A DNA stretch of 63,191 bases, filler included, from Reclinomonas americana ATCC 50394 (Eukaryota): the NCBI GenBank assembly GCA_048213135.1. It is 11 parts of 4 records of this genome, joined end to end, with 100 filler letters (N's around TTAATTAATTAA, not from the genome) between each part and the next. Parts side by side here need not be neighbours in the genome. Positions count along the whole stretch, not along the records: positions 51,614 to 56,465 come from PS015666.1; positions 56,566 to 57,768 come from PS015666.1; positions 57,869 to 61,203 come from PS015666.1; positions 61,304 to 63,191 come from PS015668.1; 7 more parts are not named here. One strand, given 5' to 3'. Under the pieces are notes generated by a model that searched no databases, was not told where the DNA came from, and was given only the letters and a program-made list of their open reading frames with translations. The translations under genes and the position numbers were made by a program. This document shows, in pieces, positions 53,601-63,191 of the stretch. Positions within the stretch are counted from its first letter, which is position 1, and the number at the start of each line of letters is the position of its first letter.

Positions 53601-56600
53601 CTCACGGTGCAATTGGCCGTGGCGCAGGTGTGCTGATGCGAAAAGGAGGAAGAGGGAGAGCAGGGAGGAGAAGGGTGCTGGGAAGAGGAAGGAGGAAGGA
53701 AGGGAGAAGGAGAGGACGAGAATGAGAGGAAAAGAATGAGAGCAGATAGGAAGAGAGAGCAGGTAGGGTTAGAGAGATCAGGCAGAGAGAGAGGGGGGAG
53801 AGTGAGTAAGTGTTTGTGAGAGAGAGAGTGAGAGCGATAGCACACACGCACAGAGCGAGAGAAAAAGGAGGAAACAATGAGAGAAAAAGAGAAAAGAAAG
53901 ATGAGTGAGAATGAGTGAGAGGAAGAATGCGAAAGAATTAGAAGAGTGTAAGAGAGGGAGAAGGGATGGGGGGAGGACAAGAACGAGAGACGGAGAGAGA
54001 CGAGTGAAAGAAAGAGAAGAGAATAATGGGAGAGAAAGAGTGAGAATGAGTGAGAGGAATAATTTGATAGAAGCAGAAGTGTGCGTGTGTGAGAGAAAGA
54101 GGGCAAGAGAGAGAGAGGGAGAGCAGGGATGAGGGTGGAGGTGAGAGACAAACAGATAGACACGGGCAGGCGGTATGAGATAGATCTGGGAAAATGCAAC
54201 AGAAATTGACGCAATAAGGCAGAGAGTGAAGAAAAATGAATGCTTGAGTGAGACGCCAGAGAGAAAGGGAAAGTGGGAGAGAGAAATGATTGAAGGAGGG
54301 AGAAAGAGAAGAGAAAAAGAATAGAAGGAAAGAGAAAATCAGACAGATAAAGAGACTGGGAGAACGGTGGGAGAGGTTGGAGTGTGAGAAGGAGAAGAGG
54401 CAATTTTGTCGGTGGTTGATTTATCGTTCACTCGGTTGTAGGAGAGAGTGGCCGAGCTTGCGCGAGATTTGGAGGCAGCGGGTCGAGATCGACAGCTGCT
54501 GGAGGAACGCTGTGCGCGACTGGAGATGTCCAAGGCCGCAGATGCATCGGATGTCCACGGTGGACAGCACCAGCAGTTGGCGCAGTTGCAGGCAGAGCTG
54601 GCGCAGGTGAGTGATAGGCAAAAAGGGTGCTTGAAGAGGAAGGGATGGGGGAAGGGAAGGGGATATCAGTGTCAAGTCGCAAATGCAAGAATGAGATGGT
54701 GGGAAAGTTGAAGGTGGAGAGAAACTGAGTGGAAACAGACTGCTTGCCGGAGATGTTATTTGTGAGGAAAGAGATGGTCGATGAAGAGCAGAAACCGAAC
54801 GTTGAAGCGGATTAGAAATGGACCACTCGTGAGGAAAGAGAATATTTTAGAAGAGGAGAGAAGGAATCATTGACTTGGTTGGAGCGGGGTAAGAGAATGA
54901 ATGGAAAACTGCTTGCTGGATATTTTACTCGTGAGGAAGAAATGTTCGATGAAGAGGAGAAACCGATAGTTGAAATTTGAAGCGGGGTAGAGAATGAGTA
55001 GAAACAGACCGCTTGACGGAGATGTTGCTTGTGAGGCACAGATGGTTTGTCACGTGGTGAGAGCGAAGCGTTGACTTGTTGAAGCGGATTAGAGATCAAC
55101 CACCTGATGAGGAAGAGATGGTCGGTGAAGAATAGAGAATGAATGGTGACATATTGAAGCGGGCAAGAGAGCGAGTGTGTAAGGACCGCTTGACGGAGAT
55201 ATTGCGACTTGTTAGGAAAGAGCCGACAAGGTAGTGCGGATAAGAAACAGAGCACTAGGCAGAGATTATCTGACTTGTGAGGAGAGAACGAGTGCTGTGA
55301 TAGTGTTAGAGGCGAGATGACGTGCATCGATATGCAGCTGGCGTAGCGATCATCACGAACAGCTGATTCATGTCTGTCTTCGACATAGGTGAAGGACGAG
55401 AAGCACGCTGCTGACGAGCAGATCAAGATGCTGGTCTTGCAGTGTCGCGAATTGCGGTCCACGGCCGAGAGCCTCCGCGCTCAGCTTCAAGCAGCGGTAT
55501 GTCAGCGTGCGTGGGGTTTTGTGGGACGTGTGGTATCTCACTTCGCGTGCATGTGTACTATAGCAACGGAATGTGAGCCCGCTTCTTCCAGAGGTTCCGT
55601 CGCAGCTCATTCTTTTGCCGTGTGTGCCTTTGTCCTCATTCTCTCTGCATTGTTGGCAGTCACCGGCGCCGCATGAGAGCGCTGCTGTCAAGGTGAGTTG
55701 TGCGAGAGGAACAGTTAATGTCGCGTCAGATTTCCCACACGTGATGCACAGGGAACGGATACAAGCCGGCATGCATCGCTGCAGGCGGAGGTCGACGCCC
55801 TGAAACAGGAAGTTGTGTGCATTGATGCATGCAGGTGTTTTTTTTAACGCGTTCGCAGACGCTGGTGACTCATACTGATATGCATCAGAAGCGGCAGCTC
55901 AGTCGCACGTGCGATCGGCTGGCCGACGAAGTCGCGCTGATGCGTGCATCGGCGGGCGGTAAGGTTGCGGACGCCCATGTCCACGACAGTGTGATGCGGG
56001 AAAAGGTAGTGTCAATAGATTGCGTTGGTCTTTGTGGGCAGGGAAATGACATGCTGCGCGCAGCTGTTGGCGGCCGAGGCGGAGAGGGATGATTTGAGGC
56101 GGCAGTTGGCTGTTGAGCGTGCGAAGGTGATAAGGAGAGAGAGAAGAAAGAGAAGAAGGAGAAGAAAGTGAGACAGAGAGATGCAACGGAGTTGTCAGCT
56201 CACTGGTAGTTTTGTCGGAAGTGTGGGTGGCGGAGAGAAAACAGACGGATACAGTGATCAAGAAAGAGAGAGAGAGAGATACACAACTCACGCTCAGAGA
56301 CATTGGTAATTTCTGTGAGCGCCCGTCTTTGTGATAGAAGAAAGGAGTCGTGATACAGCGAGAACGTAAGAGAAAACAGAGTGACTTAGAGGAGAAGCGA
56401 ACGGATGATGATGAAAGAGTGTGCGAGGGAAAGAGCAACTCACGCTCAGAGACATTGGTAAACTCNNNNNNNNNNNNNNNNNNNNNNNNNNNNNNNNNNN
56501 NNNNNNNNNTTAATTAATTAANNNNNNNNNNNNNNNNNNNNNNNNNNNNNNNNNNNNNNNNNNNNTCGCCTCACAGAACACATCCGGCTCCAGCACGCAA

Positions 56601-57370
56601 GCACTGCTTCATCTGGAGCGATTCTTGGCCGAGAGCTCGGCAGGCAGCGACCGCGCGCGCCTGTTGCAAGAGGAACTGGAGGTACGAGTAAAATTGCACG
56701 TATTCCGTGCCCCTCCTGCGTCTCCTGCTCATCTCTTCTTCAACCACAGTCCACCAACTCTCGACTTCGCGAGGCGCAAAACCAGCTGCAAGTAAAGGAC
56801 GAAGAACTGGAGGCGCTTCGGCGATCGCGGTCCACGGCTAGCCACGTGGACGATTTGGAGGAGGTGCTGGGTCTGCGGCAGAGACACGGAGCGGGAAGTG
56901 GTGGCGGCGTGCACGTTGAGCACTCTGTGGAGGCCGCGCTGCGCCAGCAGTGTCGCAGCTATGAGCAGGATCTCGATACGGCCGCCAAGGAGGTTCTCCA
57001 GTTGCAGCATGCGCTGCAAATGGCCAATGCCGAGCTGCAGCACCAGCACGAGGTGCACGAGCGTGTGGTGGCGGTGAGTGACGAGCTTGACGGTGTGCGG
57101 GCGTGAGGAGGTTGCTCACGGTGGGCTCGCAGCGGTATGCCGAGTTGAACAACAAGTACGATCGGTTGCGGAGTGCAGTGGTGCGTGTGCGCAAAGAGAG
57201 AGTGAGGGGGTTGAGGAGGAGGGAGAGTGCTTGAAGAGATTGGACGAGAGTCACTCGAGAGAAAGAAGTCCATGTGGATGCAGAGCGAGAAGGGATGAGA
57301 GTTTACAAAGTACGAGAGCCGTATGCGTCACCGAATTAGCACAAGAGACGCTGGAGGAGAGACTATCGAG
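44756..57370 (+). CDS. Very long coiled-coil protein (golgin/centrosomal-like) encoded by more than 45 mostly phase-0 micro-exons; 3' end unresolved
   Basis: MSDKRKRGSEL|YKRFKARQ... is followed by E/Q/L/A-rich exons bounded by AG/GT every ~120 bp, e.g. LHQLRSE 48432-48452, SKLL...SESK 49840-49965, LVEAEEKQAELEGE 50033-50074. Confidence 0.8.
46540..46954 (+). repeat. 16-bp tandem repeat (CTCGGTCTCGCTCCGT)n, intronic, spanning a gap
   Basis: Directly visible. Confidence 0.93.
51076..51513 (-). other. Small contig carrying four 42-nt coiled-coil exons on the opposite strand; probably a mis-oriented piece of the surrounding + strand gene
   Basis: Minus-strand AG/GT-bounded exons: 51503-51462 LATLQDKCAALQSE, 51389-51348 LDASEEKHAEVEGE, 51282-51241 LASVQDKCSSLQNE, 51184-51143 LAAAEEKTAELEGE. 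The contig is flanked by gaps on both sides. Confidence 0.8.
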
Positions 57371-58119
57371 GTGAAGAGGTGCTGAACGACAAGGGATTAG
57401 AGCAAGAAAGAAACAGAGAGAGAGAGAATGGATTTGAAACAAGAGAAAGGAGAGCTATGTGAGCCACTGGAGACGTTACAAGGTAGAGTATGGTAGCGAC
57501 ATGAAGAGATGCATAGGGAGTAGGGAATAGAGTGGGATGAAGAACAACACAAGGACCTATAAGGTACGAGTGTCGCGCGTGTCACCCGTAGAGGCAGACG
57601 AGACACTGGAAGGGAGAAAGTGGTAGAAGAAGAGAAAGAGGACTCAGCGATGGTGGGGCGAAGACCGGCAAGAGGACAAGAGATATGGAATATGGAAATT
57701 CGAGGCTCACGAGACTCTGCAAGGGGGAAGAGAGAAAGGCGAGGAGAGAGAGGGAGGTATTGAGTCAANNNNNNNNNNNNNNNNNNNNNNNNNNNNNNNN
57801 NNNNNNNNNNNNTTAATTAATTAANNNNNNNNNNNNNNNNNNNNNNNNNNNNNNNNNNNNNNNNNNNNGGAAGAGAAGGGGAAGAGTGAGGGAAAAGGGG
57901 AAAAGGGGAAAAAGGGAAAAGGGGAAGTAGGGGAAGGGGAAGAAGGGAAGAGTGGGGAAAGAGAGGACGAAGATGAAGTGAAGTAAAAGGAAAGAGAGGG
58001 GAAATTTGAGTGAAGGGTGGGGTAGGGTGGGGGAAGACGAAGGGAAAAAAGTGTGGGAAGAGTGGAGGAAGAGGGCAGAGGGAACAATGGGGGAAGAGTG
58101 ACTGGCGAGTCCACCTCAC

Positions 58120-60662
58120 CTCTAACGTAGCAGTTCCATTTGTCCACACCACACCACCACCACAGTCGCTCCCCGAGTTTCCATCTCCTGCAAGATTGCT
58201 GCCTCCGTTGCAGTTGCCTGAGGCACGATTTCCAGTCGCCGAAACATTCTGCGGGTTGAGTGTTTATCAGCACGACAGGAAGCCCCGCCTTGACGTCCCA
58301 CTACGTGGTCACGAACCCTCATTGCAACCGACGAGGACGAGGCAGATGTCGCAATGAAAGCCCACACAGCTCCACCGCCGGCTTGCTGACCGCCGGTGGC
58401 ACTTGTAATGGTACAGCCAGTCGATGGGCATTGCACCCCGCTGGCACTGCCAGTTACCGAGTTGCCCGCGAGGGAAGAGCCTTGGAAGCCGACATGCAAG
58501 GCATTCATGAGAAAGACGCCACCGCCTCCCACGTTCGTGTAACCGTTGGCAGACTTCGCATCCCCGTTGCCGCATTGGAACACCGTGTTGTTCGCCCACA
58601 CGCCACCCACATCCGACAAGGTGGCCGACGTTGGGTCCGTCACATACACGGCACCACCGCCAACGTTGCCGCGGGTGAGATTCATTGCCGTGTTGTTGAC
58701 AAAATGGGTGCCGACCGCGTTGACGATCACCCCACCCGTTCCTTGCACGAACACGGCACCGCCACCCGCACTACCCGACGATGTTGCCGTGTTGCCTGAC
58801 CCGACAACCGAGTTGCTGGAGAACACGCTGTCTTGGAGGGAGACAGTGGCACCAGCGGCGAGGTTGACCAGCGACATGGCGGCTCCAGAGGCATCGTCAC
58901 CGACCTTCGTACAGCTGTGCCACGTCGAGTTTATGACTTGAACAACCGAGAAGGGACCGAAGGCGAGCACGGCAGAGGACTGCGTGCCACGTGCGGCAGC
59001 GCGATGGTTCACAAACTGCGTGTTGGTGATGGTGAGGGAGGCGGTGGAGGTGGCGGGCAGGGCAGTGGCATCCAGTCGTAGGGCGCCCGCCGTGGAGCCA
59101 GTGAACAAGCAGGAAGAGATGATGACTTGCGGAGACACGGTGGTGGCCAGGGCGCTCCATGAGACCGCCGGCTGACCGCCCGTCACGGTGAGGCCAGTCA
59201 TTTCAAAACGCGGCGAGTCCTGTATAAGGACGGGAAATGCGGATGCTAAGATGGGCGACGACGATGACGATGTGGACTGGAAAGTGATGTTGCGACCTGC
59301 AAAATGGTGGTGTTAGATCCTTTGTTCCCTGCCCGGCCTTCATCTCTATACCCGTGTAGTGTGACTCTAAAAGCTCTTCTCTGTCCCCTGTTCTCTTAGC
59401 ACCTAACCCTTGCTCTGTTGCTTGCCCCGTCATCCGATCACCAGGGTACACATCTTGTGACCGGCATCACGAAGTCGAAAGTGAGAGCGACACATAATCA
59501 AAGGTGGTGGTATCAACCAATAGGAGTCTCGAGTGTGCCTTCCAGGAGTTTTCAGTCGCAGCGTGTGCATGTGCGTGTACATGTGCACGTGCGCAGGTAT
59601 GTGTGTCTTTCTAATTCGCGTATCTCTTGGAACGCTGCTGTCTCATTTCGAACGCTCTCTCTCTATCACTCTCTCGCTCACTCGCTCTTTTCCACTCACT
59701 CCCTCTGTTGTGTGCGGTTATGTGTGTTTGTGTGTGTGTGTGAGAGAAAATGAGCGGTGAGTGACAGGTGTCAAAGATACACACACAGAGAAAGAACGAG
59801 CATATTAAGAGAAAGAGCGCGCTCGAAACGAGACAGCAGAGTGACCGGAAACTGAAAAAAAGAGAACGACGCGCATACGCAATGATACACATATACACAC
59901 ACACGCACAGAGAGAGAAAGAGAGAGAAGTAGACCGAGAGAGAAAGAGAGACAGGAGCGCTTGTATCTGGGCATACTCACCAGCGAGGGAGAGAGGCTCA
60001 GTCAAGACAAATGTGTCACCGGAGAACAGCACTTGCAGAGCCCATTCGGATGATGTGGCGGAGTAACCACGCTGAACACACGATGCCATGATCTGGCTGA
60101 GGGCGCAGGGGGTGGTGGTATCGCCGCACGCGGGGGAGGGGGAGCCGGCGGCCGCGACATTCACTGGCGGACACGGGAGTATTAATTAATGAGCCACCGT
60201 GACAGATACAAACATATGTACAGATCACTGCGTCACACATACACACATGCCCACACACCCAGAGAGAGCTAGAGAGAGAGAGAGAGTGAGAGTAGAAAAA
60301 GAGAGGGAGAGAGTGGGAGAGAGAGAGGAGGGAGAGGTGGGAGAGAGAGACAACGTTAACGACTGAGGTAGAGGCAACAAACCATGAACACGCATACACA
60401 CACACAATTGCACACCTGCACAAAGAGACGATGGAGGCGATGCCGTTGACAAGGATGCGCGCTCAGTCGTACGCTGAGGAGGGGTGCGAACAGCGGAATG
60501 GCGAACGACAGGGTGCTGGGCAAAAATTTCCGAGTCTGGCGTGGACATGTCGCGCGTCCCGTGCTCTGCACTCCCACTCGCCGTGGATGGCAGAGCCACG
60601 AGGGAGAGTAGCACCACGACCACCGCACACGCCGACAAGGTGCGGAGTAGGAATTTTCGCAT
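58120..60662 (-). CDS. Secreted/surface protein with polymorphic-membrane-protein-like GGA(V/I)/FxxN beta-helix repeats; 3' part lost at gap ~57.8 kb
   Basis: Signal peptide MRKFLLRTLSACAVVVVLLSLVALPSTA; CG....PC motif; repeats FVNH/FSSN/FVNN/WANN with GGGAVF, GGGAVY, GGGGVF, GGGAVW. Intron 58316-58249 restores NVSATGNRA...CGGGVVW. Confidence 0.8.
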
Positions 60663-61313
60663 TGCCCGAAAGAAGCCGGCGATTGCTTCGGTTTTTGGCC
60701 TCGTCTGCACACATGCAAACGCATTTGAGAGGGAAGAGCACGTGCGAAAAGTGTGCATTATACCAGCGCACCCAGTCACGCTTGCAGTACGTGTGATGTG
60801 GGAGTCTGGGCGTCGGTGAAAGTGTGTGCGTCCTGCAACATGAGGACGCTAGACATTGGTGATTTTCCTGGTGTGAGCGCCGGGGGCACTTGAACACGCC
60901 GCTCCTGACACTCTCGTACGTACATCATGTATGTCATGCCATTGCTGAGAACACCAATCAATCGGAGTGCAGATCACGGGAACTGCAGAGGTCGACGTTC
61001 CGAAGGAGAGGGGGACAAGGTGGAAAGGAGGCGGAAAGAGGGAGTGAGAAGGGAAAAGAGGGAAGGGAGGAGAGAGAAGGGAGGAGAGAGACAGAGAATG
61101 AGGGAGAAGAGAAGGGAAAGAGAAGAGAGAGAGAGAGGAAGAAGGAGAGAGAGAGAGAGAGGACGGAGGAGGAGTGGACGAGAGAGAGAGAGAGAGAGAG
61201 AGGNNNNNNNNNNNNNNNNNNNNNNNNNNNNNNNNNNNNNNNNNNNNTTAATTAATTAANNNNNNNNNNNNNNNNNNNNNNNNNNNNNNNNNNNNNNNNN
61301 NNNTTGGCGTTTA

Positions 61314-62399
61314 TCACAGATGCGAGTCCGGGTCCACGCTGCGCCGATACATGACGACCTCGGCCTCCTCGACAATGAAGCAGCGCACCACCATCTCTGG
61401 CAGGCATCGTGAGTCACCTTCACCAAAGGCCAGCTGCATCTCTTGCACAGCGCACATCGCCTCTCGGGCTGCGCGGAGCTCTTCGCGCGCAAGGCCGCAT
61501 GGAGTGGACCACACTCGCACGGCGTTGTCCTTGCCGCAGCTCACGACGTGCTCACCATCGGGAGTGACAGCCACACACCACACCTGGCTGGTGTGCCCCT
61601 CCATCCGCCACACTTCTTCTCCTCTCGCCAGTGACCACACTCGCACTGTGCGGTCCCAACTCGCACTCACCACGTGCCGCTCGTCGGGAGTGACCGCGAG
61701 TGATATCACCCATGCAGTGTGTCCTTTCAGCTGTCGCACCTCCTCGCCGCTCGACAGCGACCATATTTGCACTTGTCCGCCACCACCACTCAGAATGTGT
61801 TGACCGTCAGGAGTGACAACAACCGTCACCACTGCATTGTGTCTCCCCAATCGTCGCACCTCCTCGCCACTCGCGAGGGACCACACTCGCACACTGCCAT
61901 CAGTGCTACCACTCACTACGAACTCACCTTTGGGAGTGACGGAGACTGATCGCACCCAATCAGTGTGTCCCTCCAGTCGTCGTACCTCCTCTCCACTTGC
62001 AAGCGACCACACACGTACAGTCCTGTCGCTGCCTCCACTCACAATGAACTCGCCATTGGGCGTGACGGCCACAGTTCTCACCCAATTAGTGTGTCCCACC
62101 AACCGCCGCACCTCTTCTCCGCTCTCCAACGACCACACTCGCACTGTGTGACCCGCGCCCCCACTCACAACATGCCGACCATCGGGAGTGACAGCGATAG
62201 ATTCCACCATCCATTTATGTCCCTCCAAGCGTCGTACTTCCTCGCCATTTGCCAGTGACCAAACACGCAATGTGCCATCAAAACTGCCACTGACGATGTG
62301 TCGGCCATCGGGAGTGACGGCGACAGCCATCACCGTACCAGTGTGCCCAAGCAGAGATTTGAAAGGGAGGAGAGAGTAACGATAAGGAGTGAGAGACAT
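61314..62399 (-). CDS. Intronless WD40-repeat protein (7 blades) with conserved C-terminal box
   Basis: Seven GH..V..VAVTP.G..VVSG..D.TVRVWSL repeats, then PCGLAREELRAAREAMCAVQEMQLAFGEGDSRCLPEMVVRCFIVEEAE. Confidence 0.92.
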   Translation of the reverse strand: MSLTPYRYSLLPFKSLLGHTGTVMAVAVTPDGRHIVSGSFDGTLRVWSLANGEEVRRLEGHKWMVESIAVTPDGRHVVSGGAGHTVRVWSLESGEEVRRLVGHTNWVRTVAVTPNGEFIVSGGSDRTVRVWSLASGEEVRRLEGHTDWVRSVSVTPKGEFVVSGSTDGSVRVWSLASGEEVRRLGRHNAVVTVVVTPDGQHILSGGGGQVQIWSLSSGEEVRQLKGHTAWVISLAVTPDERHVVSASWDRTVRVWSLARGEEVWRMEGHTSQVWCVAVTPDGEHVVSCGKDNAVRVWSTPCGLAREELRAAREAMCAVQEMQLAFGEGDSRCLPEMVVRCFIVEEAEVVMYRRSVDPDSHL

Positions 62400-62575
62400 G
62401 GTGAACTGTGTGAAGGCGAGCAAGTGGAAGTCGGGACGCGGACGCCTTGTGTCGACGCTGTGAGCAATTGCTCGAGTGTTGCCAGAAGGGAGCATGCATC
62501 CTACCAGACTACTTCACAATTACATTTTACTTGACAAGCCGCGAGGGAGACAACACAAACAAGAGCAAGAACGAT

Positions 62576-63191
62576 TCACAGATGCGACTCCTGGTCCACT
62601 CTTCGGCGATAAACGATGGCCTCGGCCTCCTCGACAATGAAGCAGCGCAGTACCATCTCTGGCAGATATCGAGAGTCGCCATCTTCGAAGGCCAGTTGTA
62701 TCTCCTGAACAGCGCACATTGCTGCTCTCGCTGTTTGGAGCTCTTCGCGCGCGAGGCCGCACGGAGACGACCACACATGCACGGCCTTGTCCTCGCCGAC
62801 GCTCACAACGCGCTCGCCATCCGCGGTGACGGCGACAGAGTACACATGGCCGGAGTGCCCCTTCATCCGCCACACTTCTTCGCCACTAGCCAGTGACCAC
62901 ACTCGCACTGTGCCGTCCCAACTCGCACTCACTACATGCCGCCCATCGGGAGCGATGGCGAGCGATGTCACCCAATCGCCGTGTCCTTTTAGCTCTCGCA
63001 CCTCCTCACCGCTCGCCAGTGACCACATCTGCACTCTACCATTGCCGCCGCCACTCACAATATGTTCGCCGTCAGGAGTGACAACAACCGTCAGCACAGC
63101 TACAGTGGGTAGCCGTCGCACCTCCTTGCCACTCACAAGTGACCACACTCGTACAGTGCCATCATTCCCACCACTCACTACGAACTCGCCG
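62576..63191 (-). CDS. WD40-repeat protein, close tandem paralog of 61314-62399 (5' part outside the window)
   Basis: Same repeats and tail PCGLAREELQTARAAMCAVQEIQLAFEDGDSRYLPEMVLRCFIVEEAE...SHL*. Confidence 0.9.
   Translation of the reverse strand, partial: GEFVVSGGNDGTVRVWSLVSGKEVRRLPTVAVLTVVVTPDGEHIVSGGGNGRVQMWSLASGEEVRELKGHGDWVTSLAIAPDGRHVVSASWDGTVRVWSLASGEEVWRMKGHSGHVYSVAVTADGERVVSVGEDKAVHVWSSPCGLAREELQTARAAMCAVQEIQLAFEDGDSRYLPEMVLRCFIVEEAEAIVYRRRVDQESHL

Noticed and set aside
58249..58316. Apparent frameshift in the Pmp-like ORF (similar apparent shifts in the RhoGAP and kinase)
   Set aside because: Resolved by short GT-AG introns; not pseudogenes.
60182..60190. TTAATTAAT outside a gap
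   Set aside because: A short AT motif inside an intron; not flanked by Ns and no further structure.

Overview
Gene-dense, intron-rich, GC-rich eukaryotic DNA from a draft scaffold with many N gaps and artificial N44-TTAATTAATTAA-N44 joins. The ciliary genes DYNC2LI1 and CCDC13 imply a flagellated protist. The six-frame ORF track is largely misleading, so I rebuilt about 16 spliced genes by hand from GT-AG boundaries and family motifs recalled from memory; no searches were run. In order: eIF3f 3' exon; a tandem pair of hydroxylysine-kinase/APH-like genes (one apparently catalytically dead); a WD40 + coiled-coil + RLK/Pelle(IRAK)-type kinase fusion; CCDC13; GPATCH3; a START-domain protein; a WD40 gene; an Ig-like(ASH/MSP)-RhoGAP; a GNAT; DYNC2LI1; a possible CENP-K; a very long coiled-coil gene built from heptad-sized micro-exons; a secreted Pmp-like GGAV/FxxN repeat protein; and two more WD40 paralogs. 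The most interesting signals are (1) an expanded, nearly intronless WD40 family with a conserved unnamed C-terminal box, one member fused to a Pelle kinase, which could be a protist sensor/signalling system; (2) a recurrent atypical 5' splice site, GTTGCGT, that always follows a non-G exon end; (3) exon lengths quantised to the coiled-coil heptad, including tandemly duplicated 42-nt exons. No rRNA, tRNA, CRISPR array or intact transposon was recognised.
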